From assembly GCF_018350175.1 (NCBI RefSeq), contig NC_058368.1:74402001-74466000 (forward strand): DNA of 64,000 bases. Reading direction: 5' to 3'. Numbering within the stretch: the first letter of the stretch is position 1; each line of letters begins with the position of its first letter. Under the pieces are notes generated by a model. It was not told the DNA's origin. It searched no databases and saw nothing but the letters and a program-made list of their open reading frames with translations. A program made the position numbers and the translations under genes. This document shows, piece after piece, positions 25,331-37,227 of this stretch. Source of the DNA: Felis catus. Taxonomy: Eukaryota.

Positions 25331-25789
25331 TTCGTGAATGGAAAAAAATTCTTTAAAGTCTTTGTGATACCCTGTAGTTCTGGGGAAGTTGTCTGAAAGG
25401 AAGAGGAGAAAGCCCACGCAGTTATTTACCAGAGACATAAAGGAATCTACCAGGATTTGATTCTTCACTCCTCCCTAATTCCTCCTCACAAAAGGAGAAG
25501 AATATAGTATGGATATAGTATGATTCCGATGATACAGCTAACTAGCATAAGCAGCAAGAAACCAACAGTCATTAAACTATATAGCCACTTGACTCATCAC
25601 ATTTACAATTGGATAATACTGAAAATTCTTCCCAAAATGTTATAGAGTTATAATTTATTCCAGTAAATATATGAATGCAGCACATTAGAAAATAGATTCT
25701 TCCGTAAATATTTTGAGGCAAATAGCTTATACAAATGTATTGAAAATAAGCTTCGGATCGGATAAGATTAAGAAGTGTACCATAATTAT

Positions 25790-27210
25790 TGGGAAAAATA
25801 AAGAATATTTTTGTAACACACAGATTGGAAAGATCTTCTGAACAAGTGAAAAAATGGAGAAGATATTAAAACAGATGTTGTCAAAAGTTATTCATAAGAA
25901 GTTAAAACGTTTTAATGGCAAAAAGAAAAAAAAACACGGAAGAGGTTTCCACCTAATATCTGTGACACATGTAGAACATTGAAATTGGATGATATACTTC
26001 ACAGAGTTCAAGTAAGTAGAAGAATATAAACAAACTAACGCAAAATCTGTCAAAAATACAAACATGCAGTTCACAGAAAGTACGCAAATGGCCAATGGCC
26101 AATTTAGCGCAGTAACTATCAAAAATGAAACATCGTCGGTTTTTTGAAAGGTAGGTAGGTACCATATTAGATTTAAAGTCTCTCTAATCTGATAATCTAC
26201 TACCCAATAATAACGTGTGCCTAGAATTCTATCTTACGTGAATAAAAGGTTGATTATGACAATGCATTCATTACAATTAAAAGAAGAAGAAGAGGCGAGG
26301 GGGAAGGAAGAGGAAGGAAATAAAGACAAACACTCATCTGTGGAATTTAAGACACAAAACAAACAGCACAGGAGGAAATAAAAAGAGAGAGCGAGAAAGG
26401 CAAACCAAGAAACAGACCCTTAACCTTAGGGAACACACTGATGGTTACCAGAGACAAGATGGAGGTGGGAGGGAGGAGTGTAATAGATGACGGGGATTGA
26501 GGACTGCACTTGTGATGAGCCCAGGGTGACGTATAGCGCCTGAAACTAGTGTTACACTCAGTGTTAACTAGAATTTAAAAATACATACATATATACAGAC
26601 AGTCCATTCATACAAATTAAGTGGCCATCAGCAGAGAGGGAGGGAACGGATGAAAAAACACATTAAATTGTGGTGCAGCCACAGAGCCATACCATGAATA
26701 CTACGGAATCCTATACTACGTAAAGACGAGGTGTAAGCAAATCCGTCTATTTACCATTCGCAGCTGGGCACCGAGGCATGCGACACACGCTGAAAGCAGT
26801 CACATGCACTGTTTCAGTTGGAAGCCCACGCATCACGCCCATCGGGCCCGTCGCGCCTCAGTTCTCAGTGTAGGGCGCCCAGGCCGGCACAGAACGGACA
26901 GAAACTAGAAGCAGGGGTGATTTCAAAAGCCATTTAGGAAGAAAGCCTTTTCTAAACCGGACCCAGAAGTGAGACCATCCAAAGAGAGAGGTGAATAAAT
27001 TTAACTCCTCGATCAATTTCACTACATCAAAACAGAGTGTGGCAAAAATAGTACACCAAGAGTAAAAACAAAACAAATGGGTAAACGCCGAAAACTCTTT
27101 GTAACCCATATGACGGAGAAAGGCTCTTCTCCGCATTTTATGAAGAGTGCCTACGAATCAAAGAGAAAAATAAGCAGAGAAACTACAAGGTTATGAACAT
27201 ACGGTACATA
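25790..27210 (+). mobile_element. Ancient L1ME-like fragments flanking a younger L1 3' end
   Basis: A-rich sense L1 remnants (caaacatgcagttcacagaa, tttgtaacccatatgacggagaaagg). Confidence 0.5.
26322..26581 (+). mobile_element. Carnivore L1 3'UTR terminal fragment
   Basis: gtggaatttaagacacaaaacaaa, ggcaaaccaagaaacagaccctta, cacttgtgatgagc, cctgaaactagtgttacact. Confidence 0.85.
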
Positions 27211-27221
27211 ACATAGACATT

Positions 27222-27447
27222 TATTTATTATTTATTTTTTTACTGTGTATTTATTTTTGTGTGAGAGCAAGAGAGAGACAGAGTGAGCAGGAGCGGGGAA
27301 GGGCAGAGAGGGAGACAGAGTCCAGAGCAGGCGCCAGGCTCTGGACTGTCACCACGGAGCCCAATGCGGGGCTCGAACTGCAGAACTGGGAGATCATGAC
27401 CTGAGCTGAAGTCGGTCGCTTAACCCACTGAGCCACCCAGGTGCCCC
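27222..27447 (-). mobile_element. CAN-SINE
   Basis: Flanking atagacattt on both sides. Confidence 0.95.
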
Positions 27448-27993
27448 ACCAGAAATAGACATTTAGATTTCAGGTCTATTTTTCCATATAAAAAGCTATA
27501 AATAGATGAATGAAAGAATAATTTTCCTGAAGCTAACAAGCTTTTTTTTTTAATTAAAGAAAGTGCTAAAATGGCCTTTTCATAAACTTTATTAAAAAGA
27601 ATATGTAGTACTTTTAATAGCTCGCGAATGAACGAATGAAATTATGTTTTGTATTGCTATTGTATTGCGCCAAGATCATCATTTTAATCCAATTAAAGTT
27701 CATAAAAATATCCATGAAATTTCTTGCTTTGGGAAAGGTCCTGGGAAGCATTATTGGTAAGATAAAACAAATAAAAAGCGAGACCCGCCTTCTAAGAATG
27801 TAATTTGCTAAGAGTTGCAATCTTCATGACATAGCTGTAATAATATCAGGTTAATTTGGGTAAGCAAGTCCGTGGAGTAGATGAAGAGGGTCCTATTGAG
27901 TTTAGGGGAGGGAGGAAGATCCTAATTTGGCGTGAGGAATTTAGGAACGCATCGTGGAGGAAAACCACCCTCCACGATGCCTTTCAGGGGCTG

Positions 27994-28196
27994 AAAGTTT
28001 ATTTATTTATTTTTAAAAGAGAGAGAAAGCACAAGCAGGGGAGGGGCAGAGACAGAGGGAGAAAGAAAGGATTCCAAGCAGGCCCCGAGCTGTCAGCACA
28101 CCAGACGAGCACGCGGGCCTTGAACTCACAAACCACAGAATCATGACCTGAACCGAATTCCAGAGTCGGATGCTTACCTGAGCCCTCTAGGTGCCC
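27994..28196 (-). mobile_element. CAN-SINE, diverged
   Basis: SINE body gaatcatgacctgaacc...aggtgccc. Confidence 0.85.
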
Positions 28197-28289
28197 TGGG
28201 TTTATTTTTAATAAAGGTGTTTTGAGCTGATAGTCTCGGAAAACAAAAAGAAAAGAAGAAAATCGTTCAGATTATTTCTTGCTAACTCT

Positions 28290-28460
28290 GGCTACTCATA
28301 AAAAATTCCCTGGGGGAACTTTTGAAAACAACTTTTGTGCAGCTCCAATTTAGTCAATCCCCAGTCGATTGCGGCAGGTCCCTAGAGATGGGACTTGGTT
28401 TGTATTTTTAAAACATTATCTCAGATTTAAAAATGGAACTAGGATTGAGAACCACTAACC
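28290..28460. mobile_element. MER5-like hAT-Charlie fragment
   Basis: cctgggggaacttttgaaaac...tgtatttttaaaa...ttgagaaccact. Confidence 0.5.
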
Positions 28461-29499
28461 TCCGTCTACTTTATGTGATCCTTTATCCCCAGAGTTCAGA
28501 CTGACGGAAAACAGTCCATGATCTGGTGAAAATACAGCGAGAATATTATGAGGGGAACATGATGCTAGCTGCGTCAACGCCATTAACTATTTTATCCACA
28601 TCGGTCACAACGTCTCCACCTCTCAGTGCAGGATGATGTACAAGAAATCACTTGGAAAGCTCTAAGCAGAAAAAAATAATATATCACAACGCCTGGTTGA
28701 TTTTTCAGATCCATAATTGGATGACTGTAGAAAATTAACATGGAACTTGACAAGACTGTTGAAGTCAATTCTACAGACACTTAGGGTAGGTGAGGATACT
28801 TAGCCCTTATCTATTTTAAATTATTCAGATGTTTCCCTAGTCTTTTTACTTTACGTGATACAGAATGTGGGAGCCCAGCCTCTATTACAGATGTGGTGCT
28901 CTTTAAAGACATAATAATGACAACAAGCTGAACTCAACGTACTGAGTAAATCTGCAAATAGGACTCTCATGATATTTTATTGTCTTATTCTGCCACTGAA
29001 ACATCACCTCATAAAGAACCGTGGTGAAAATTACTAATAATGGTATTTGCATTTTAGTCTAATTGAGGAATACAATGTTGGTTCCCACTTAAAATGGTTA
29101 TTCCAGAAAACCAGTGAGAGGAGACATGCTCACATTCTTTCCCTTCTAAAATCCTAATACAGGGACAGAATCTTCATCTGAATGTATAATTCATCTTTTC
29201 CTTGTAGATAAATTTCTCGTCATGGCAAACCCAGCATCAGTTCTCTTATATAATCCTATCTGCATAATTAGTCAGAAATAATGGATGTCATGTTGCTTAA
29301 TACAAATTAAAAATCATGTTTCTGATTAAGAGAATACATTATAATATATAAAAATATTTAACAGGCATCCAGATTTTTTTCCTTCATTTTGTCAGCGTGC
29401 TCCCAGACTCTATGATAAATACATGTGATATAAAATAATATGATATAAATAAAATTAGTAAATAAATAGTAACACAAAAGCTTGAACTTATTTATAATT

Positions 29500-29662
29500 T
29501 AGCTTTATATCTATATCTATCTATTATATAATCCTAGGTATTTATATAGCTATCTATGTAACATATGGTATATAGATATATAGAGATATTTGTATAGATA
29601 TCTCTATATTTGTAAAGATCTACAGATATACATTATAGATATAGGTATATTTATAAAGGTTG

Positions 29663-29711
<49 letters not shown>

Positions 29712-30170
29712 GTTGATATATATATACACCTATCTATGCCTTGCAGACCTTACATATTGTAAATAAAGTTTTACATATTGTAAATAAAAAGGCTGATATA
29801 TATATTTACATATTTACATATTTTAAATAAAGTTTTACATATTGTAAATAAAGAGGTTGGTATATATTTACATATTTACATATAAATATATATTTACATA
29901 TTATATATGTACATATACATATATATGTATGTATACATAAATATATATATTTACATATTGTAAATAAAGAGGTTGATATATATTTACATATTTACATATT
30001 GTAAATAAAGTTTTACATATTGTAAAGAGGTTGATATATATACATATATATAGTATATGTATACTACATGTGTATATATATGTATAGTATATATGTATAC
30101 TATACATAGTATACATATATATAGTATACATATAGTATACATATATATATATAGAGAGAGAGAGGTTGAG

Positions 30171-30212
<42 letters not shown>

Positions 30213-30254
30213 CTATCTATGCCTTGCAGACCTTACATATTGTAAATAAAGTTT
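29500..30254. repeat. AT-rich compound minisatellite/microsatellite with (TA)n, (GA)n and tttacatattgtaaataaa units
   Basis: Direct reading. Confidence 0.9.
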
Positions 30255-30984
30255 TCTCAGATGCTTCTCTTTCCTTTACCTCTTTCCCGTGGAATTAGAA
30301 AACACCTTCCATTATGGAGTTCCCTGGCATCTGGAGGAAATTCAACCTATTATTCACATTTTTTGTCGAAACTTGTTACCTCCTAAAACTGATTCTCTGT
30401 GATTTAACAAATCCTCTAAACATAAAACTTGCAATGCAGCCACAAAATAAACCATTTAATGCAGGCGAGTAATTATTACATTTTGGTCCGGTTACACAGG
30501 AGACTTTTTTTCCCTCATCCTCGTGAATCAGAGAATATTAATTCTGATATTGTTACACCTCAATTAGCAAAATGGAAAGAGGTCAGAGCCTTAATTTGGA
30601 TAATGAAGGTTTCAGATAAGGATGGGAAGTTCGACATGTAAATGATACGTGTAGAGAAACGTGGCCTAATTCACACAGCAGAGCTTTTCAGGTAAGTCAC
30701 ATAACCAACTTTTCAGGGAAATGAATACAAATGCAGAAAAAAATGCATTAAGGAAGCAGTTAAGGATATAGATTAGTACAATACATAAATATGTTAGAGA
30801 CAGAGAGAGGCTCAACCAGGTATATGGCAGCATATTCCTTTTCATGAACAAACATTCCATTTTTTACCTACTCACTTATATTTATAAAAGAAAGCTCATG
30901 TGTTTTTATAAACTATGAAGGAATTTCTTATAAGCAAGGCCATTATGGAACACAAGCAACTTGGTATCAAAAGTGCTAGTTCAA

Positions 30985-31205
30985 GGGCACCTGGGTGGCT
31001 CAGTGGATTAAGTGTCTGATTCTTGATTTTGGCCCAGATCATGATCTCACGCTTTGTGAGTTTGAGCCCCGTGTCGGGCTCTGCGCTGATGGTGTGGAGT
31101 CGGTTTGGTATTCTCTCTCTCTCTCTCTCTCTCTCTCCCTCTCTCTCTGCCCCTACCCCATTCTCTTTCTCTCTCTCTCTAAAAATGAATAAAGTTTAAA
31201 AAAAA
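30985..31205 (+). mobile_element. CAN-SINE with (CT)n
   Basis: TSD aaaagtgctagt. Confidence 0.95.
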
Positions 31206-31654
31206 GTGCTAGTAAAATAAATACTGAAACGCTCTCTTGCCAGTGGGTCCTCATGGACCTTGGTAAAGTTATTCTTGATCATCTTTCAAACTCTATAAAA
31301 CATTCTATAATATTCTACAATATTCTTACACATCCTGTCTTCAAATACTGTCACACTGGGGTTGGGGATTGAAAAATCGAAGACAGCTACAAATAGGGTT
31401 GCTGAGAGATGAAAGGGTTTCATTTGAAGCTTGAAATAAGGTAATCATTTTGATAAGACCTGTGACGGACGATAACCTCAGAGGTAGTGGAACAAATACT
31501 CGGAGAGTCAGAGAGATTTAATAATAAATAATCAATGAAAAATATCACTGTCTTCAAATGTATTTTTACGAAATATCGAAACAGCCTGAGAGAAATTAGT
31601 TGTAGCACTTAAAACAATCAATAGTCATTATTTGCAAAGAGCTCCTTGGGGGGG

Positions 31655-31659
31655 ATATA

Positions 31660-31698
<39 letters not shown>
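31655..31698. repeat. (TA)n microsatellite
   Basis: Direct reading. Confidence 0.95.
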
Positions 31699-31701
<3 letters not shown>

Positions 31702-32077
31702 AAAGGATAAAAGATAGATAAATAAGCAAGCCATAGAAGAAAATATAGAGAACGTTTAGAATGGTTATAAACACGTGAAAATATATTCCACTTCATGACT
31801 ACTCATAGGAATACAAATTAAAACAGTAAGACACTATTTCTCTCTTATTGAAATGATTGACACAACATATAATACTGGTATAATTATGGATAAAACAGTA
31901 TTCTCACTTAATGACAATGGAAATACAGATTGCTACATACAGTTTTGTAATATAAATTGATAGTATGCATTCATGTTTTAGGGCACATGCTAATGTGCCT
32001 AGCAATCCAGCTTATAACCATCTAATCATCTTTCCTGAAAAATAATCTAAATATTGTAACATATATTTCTATATTAC

Positions 32078-32141
32078 ATATATATGTATATATGTATATA
32101 TGTATATGTACATATATATATACATGTGTATATATATATAC

Positions 32142-32181
<40 letters not shown>
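32078..32181. repeat. (TA)n/(TATG)n microsatellite
   Basis: Direct reading. Confidence 0.95.
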
Positions 32182-32184
<3 letters not shown>

Positions 32185-32716
32185 GGGACCCACAGAGTAA
32201 TTTAAACAGGTGAGGTTGAACACAAATCACAGTTATAATATAATTAAAAAGTACTGATGAGCTTTAAGGTAAGCTAGGACTCATGGTATGTAGCTAAGGA
32301 TGGACAGCCTTGGTCAGGACCCTCTCCAGGAAAGCTAGGGCTCTGACTTCTTTGGGGGAATTGGAGTTCCAGGCCAGGAAAGGGCAGGGAATCTTGCTGG
32401 CTTTCCCAGAACAGCAATGTAGGTGCTGAGCAAGCAAGAAGGAACCTTTATGGCACAGATGAGCCACAGTCAGACTCCAGGGTTGGGGTCCAGGGGAGAC
32501 GGGGCGGGGCACCTGCAGTGGGTAGTGTTCACTTCAGGACGGTATAGCTTTGGACGGACTGTGGAAGAAACACTTGGAAGGAAGGCAGGCACGCAGAAAG
32601 AATAGGGCGTCAACATAGGCAGGAGCCTGGAGCACCCAGTGTAGAAAGTCTGGGAGACCTGGTATTCATGTCAGGTGAGCCCTGGGAAGTAAGCAGCATG
32701 CTGGTCTGAGGCTGCA

Positions 32717-33689
32717 AGGTGTTTTTATTATTTATTCATTGGAGTACCATTGACATATAATGTTATATTAGTTTCAGGTGTACCATGTAGCGATTCAACA
32801 TATATGAGCATAATTTGTAGACAAAATGATCACCCTGAGAAGTCTACTTATCATTTGTCACCATGCAGAGTTATTATCGCATTGTTGACTGTATTCCCTG
32901 TGCTGTACGTTACACCCCTGTGACTTCTTTCGTTTATAACTGGGAGCTTGAACCCCTTAATCTCCTTCGCCTATTTTGCTCAACCCCTACCCCCCTACCC
33001 CTCTGGTAGCCGCCAGCTTGTTCTCTGTATTTATGTGTCGGTTTCTGTTCTCTCTTGCTTGTTCATTTGTATTGTTTTTAGATTACACACTTAAGTGAAA
33101 TCATATGTTATTCGTCTTCCTCTGTCTGACTTATTTCATTTAGCATAATCCATCCATGACCTCACACATGTCGGAATGGCTAGTATCAAAAAAGACAAGA
33201 AATAACAAGTGTTGGAGAGGATGTGGAGAAAAGGGAACTCGTAGGCACCGTTTGATAGAAATGTAAACTGGAGTGGCTACTATGAAAGCCAGTATGGAAC
33301 TTCACCCCAAAGTAAAACTAGAATTACCATACAGCCTAGCAATTTCGCTTCTGGGTATTCATGCACCAACATGCACCCCTATGTTCACTGCAGCATTATT
33401 TATAACGGCCGAGACCTGGAAACAACCTAAGGGTCCATGGACGGATGAATGGATAAAAAAAAAGATGTGGTATTACATACAGTTGTACGTCAGTGAAGCG
33501 GACAATCTAGAAGGAATGGATAAATTCCTAGAAGTATGCATTCTTCCATGACTGAATCAGGAAGAAATTAGAAAAAAAAATCTTACGCAAACCAATTTGA
33601 CAATAAATCTCATATAAAAAAAAATCTGCACAGACTGAGTACTAGAAATGCAATTGAATCAGTAATCTAAAAACTCCCAACAAACAAAA
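32717..33689 (-). mobile_element. Carnivore L1 insertion with 5' inversion (antisense 3' end about 32720-33155; sense pieces about 33156-33472 and 33473-33689)
   Basis: Flanked by direct repeat gtctgaggctgca (32704-32716 and 33690-33702); orientation switch near 33155. Confidence 0.8.
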
Positions 33690-33855
33690 GTCTGAGGCTG
33701 CAGGCGGGTTGGAGCCCAGGCATTTTGGGTTACAGCTGGGGCAGGGTTTCCTCTATGACCTCCTACCCATACAACCCCAGGTGGGGCAGACCTCAGAACT
33801 GGCGAAGTTCTTATGCAGTTGTCCCCTATGCCCTTACTTATGCAGTGTCCCTCCA

Positions 33856-33869
33856 GCGCCCTCTACTGA
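33856..33869 (-). promoter_or_regulatory. CTCF core motif (TCAGTAGAGGGCGC) within LTR41
   Basis: 13/14 match to CCASYAGRKGGCRS. Confidence 0.55.
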
Positions 33870-33915
33870 GAAAGCTTATTATCATGCACGCTGTAAGGGA
33901 GAAGATCTTCTTCCC

Positions 33916-34135
33916 TTTTAGTTTTTAAAATGTTGATTTATGTTTTGACAAAGAGAGAGACAGAGCATGATTGGGGGAGGGACAGAGAGAGAGAGGAAGA
34001 CACAGAATTCGAAGCAGGCTCCAGGCTCTCCGCTGTCAGCACAGAGCCGGATGCGGGGCTCGAACCCACAAACTGTGAGTTCATGACCGGAACCGAAGTT
34101 GGTAGTTTAACTGACTGAACAGCCCAGGCGCCTCC
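33916..34135 (-). mobile_element. CAN-SINE
   Basis: Full body ending cccaggcgcc. Confidence 0.9.
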
Positions 34136-34140
34136 TTCAT

Positions 34141-34244
34141 TATTTAATTTTTAATGTTTATTTAGTTTTTGAGAGAGAGAGAGACAGAGACAGAGCGTGA
34201 GTGGGGAAGGGGCAGAGAGAGAGGGAGACAGAATCGGAAGCAGG
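34141..34244 (-). mobile_element. 5'-truncated CAN-SINE
   Basis: Tail and CT tract only, ending gaatcggaagcagg. Confidence 0.9.
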
Positions 34245-35716
34245 TTTAAAGGAGAAAAATCTTAAAGGAATCCCATCTACTACTGTAAACTCAATTCTGA
34301 AAGGGTGCTTTGGAGGTGAGAGCCAATAAACTGATAATGACACAGTTAAATGTAAGGTAATAATTTCCTGTTTACTGAAATCATGAATAGCTGGGATTTC
34401 TACTACCCTCATCCGAAAACTTACTATTTAATACAGAAATGTTCTGAATAATATGATGTTCTGTGTCCCTCAAATGTAATGGATACTCAGCTGAATATTT
34501 GGTTTTGAAAGAGGGAGAAGGATTTAAATTAAGTAAGTTATAAATATATTTTGGCTCTATGTTTTAGCTAAAACTTAAACATTTTTAAAATTATTTTTAA
34601 TAAATGTATTCAAAACTCCAAGTACAAATATAAAAATGTAAAGTGATTTTTAGGGAATAGTACCCAGGCACAATGTCATAAAAAGTCTGAAAACTTTAGT
34701 CTCAGTTGTTGTTGTCACATGCACAGATAAATTTATCTGCATAAATATATTTACAATTTCCCCACCATGTTCTCTGTATCATTTGATTCTTATAGGATGT
34801 TTGCTTTTTATCTATTCTGCTATTTTTTGTTACATACTTTTGCCACAAGTCCAAAAGAAACAAAAAAGAAAATCTTGGGCATTCTACCAAAATCAAAACT
34901 TGAGATAATGGATGCTTCTTTTAAAAGATCTTAAGATGTTTGACCTAAAGATAAAATTATCAAAGTTCACATACCATGTTGACTGGTTTTGAAGTCTCCC
35001 ACCCAAGAGAAATATGTCAGCTTTCTTTTACATTATATTATCAAAGATGTCCAACAAAAGTTGATAAGGCACATTCTAAAATTTCATAATAGGAAGAACT
35101 CAAGCTAAGACTATGACTCTGTATCTTATAACATGTATCTTTTATCACTGCAAACAAGGACAATAAAACTTCCTCAGAGGGAAAATGGGTATAATGTGTT
35201 ACTTAGGTGATCTTGATAGAAATACTGGAAATAATGTTTCAATGAATAAAGCATCGGGGAGTTCAAGTATTTCTCGATAGTATCAAATTTCTGAAACGGC
35301 TGTTCACAATTGGTGAAGAAAATGTGGTTATCAGTGTCAATGCTGAACTTGGGAGTAATATATATCTAATGTGACTGTGCATTTCGGAAACGTAATGGTG
35401 TGATTTTATGCTTTATCACTTCATGTTTTAAGGATATTCTTTCTTTGAAGTCTAGATGAGTATGAAATGGAATGTGATTTTTGTCAGTTTAATGTAAATG
35501 AAAAATGAACGCATGATTTAAAGAAGATGTAAAATTTTATTTCCAGTTATGGTTTTTACATAAAGATTCCTAATGACCAAAGCATGGAGCACATGAAATT
35601 TTTAAAATAATATAGCTCATCCTTGAAATCCAGGTACCCGATACTCTTAGGGTTTGTATATTTCTTCAAAAAAAGATTCATAGTCCCACTCTTTTTCCTG
35701 ATCACCAGGAAGCCCT

Positions 35717-36156
35717 TGTGTATTAGGGTTCGCAAGGGAGAAACAGAAGCAGTAGGGAATATTTATATTTATGTTTATGTTTTATTATAGAAGTTGGCTC
35801 ACTCAGTTATGAAGGCTGAGGCATCTCACGTTCTGACATCTGCAAACTGGAAACAAAGAAAACCGGATATAGTCCAACTGAGACCTGAAAGTCTGGAGGA
35901 CTGATGTCTGAGGGCGGGGGAGATGGGTGTCCCAGCTCGACCAAAGAGCAAATTCACCTCTTCTTCGACCTTTTTGTTCAATTCCGGCCCTGAATGGATT
36001 GGGTGGTACCCATCCACATTGGAGAGGGTGGTCTTTATTCAGTCTACCCGTTCACATGCTAATCTCTTCTAGAAATACCCTGATAGACACATCCAGAAAA
36101 TAATATTTTAACCGGCTATATGGACATCCCATAGATCAGTCAAGTTGACCTATAAA
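35717..36156 (-). mobile_element. MLT2B-like (ERVL) solo LTR
   Basis: tgtattagggtt...ttggctcactcagttatgaaggctgag...atgctaatctcttctagaaataccct...cagtcaagttgac. Confidence 0.85.
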
Positions 36157-36497
36157 GGGAATCTGAGTATTTTGCATTTATATACTTTCTTTATAATAAA
36201 TGTCTGATATCTGTACTTTTAGGCAATGTTAATCTTTCAGCACAGAAGATAAGAGAGTAACAGCTAAATATGTAAATATGATATTTAAACCCACATTTAA
36301 AATTGCTTTTTATTTAAAAAATCTTCTTAATTTTAATTTCTGAATAAGGTTTATGTGATATACAACATTATATCAGTTTCAGGTGTACAGTATAATGATT
36401 TAATATTTGTATATATTGCAAAGTGACCATCACGATAAGTGTAGTTAACATCTGTCACTGCACATAGTCACAGAATTTCTTTTCTTATGATGAAAAC

Positions 36498-36708
36498 TTT
36501 TTTTTCAATGATTATTTGTTTTTGAGAAAGAGAGAGAGGCAGAGTTTGAGCAGGGGAGGGGCAGAGGAAGGAGACACAGAACCTGAAGCGGGCTCCAGGC
36601 TCCAAGCTATTAGCACCGAACCCGACGCGGGGCTCGAACTCATGAACTGCAAGATCATGACCTGAGCCGAAGTCAGACGCTCCACCAACTGAGCCCCCCA
36701 GGGGCCCC
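36498..36708 (-). mobile_element. CAN-SINE
   Basis: Full SINE body. Confidence 0.9.
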
Positions 36709-37017
36709 AAGTTTATTTATTTTCTAACTAGAAGCCTGTACCTTTTGACCCCCTTCACCCATTTGGTTCACCTCCCACTTCTAACCTCCCCCAACTACCA
36801 TTCTGGTTTCTGTATCTATGAACAGGTTTTTGTGTGTTTGTTTGTTTATTTTTAGATGGTAAATGTAAGTGAGATTCTGCAGCACATCTCTTTCTCTGAC
36901 TTATTTCACTTAACCTAATACCCTTAAGTTCCATCCAATTTGTCACAAATAGCAATTCATCCTTTTCTATGGCTGAATGACATTCTATTGTATATATGTG
37001 TATATAAATACAGCATC

Positions 37018-37227
37018 TTTTTTTTAAGTGTATTTATTTTTGAGAGAGAGAGAGAGAGAATATGAGCAGGAGATGGGCAGAGAAAGAGGGAGAGAGAGAA
37101 TCCCAAGCAGGCTCTGCTGTATCAGCGCCGAACCCAACATGGGGGCTCAAACCCACAAACTGTGAGATCATGACCTGAGCCAAAATCAAGAGTCAGACAC
37201 TTAACCCAGTGTGCACCCAGGTGCCCC
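37018..37227 (-). mobile_element. CAN-SINE
   Basis: Full SINE body ending cccaggtgcccc. Confidence 0.9.

Larger units (their letters stand above)
32181..34344 (-). mobile_element. LTR41-family (ERVL) solo LTR, split by an L1 and two SINEs
   Basis: Ends ccacagagtaatttaaacagg and ggaggtgagagccaataaactgataatgacaca plus internal cagtgtccctccagcgccctctactg match recalled LTR41 consensus. Confidence 0.7.

Noticed and set aside
33273..33551. ORF resembling the L1 ORF2 C-terminus (TPMFTAALFITAETWKQPK)
   Set aside because: Degenerate L1 fragments fused across a rearrangement junction; not a functional CDS
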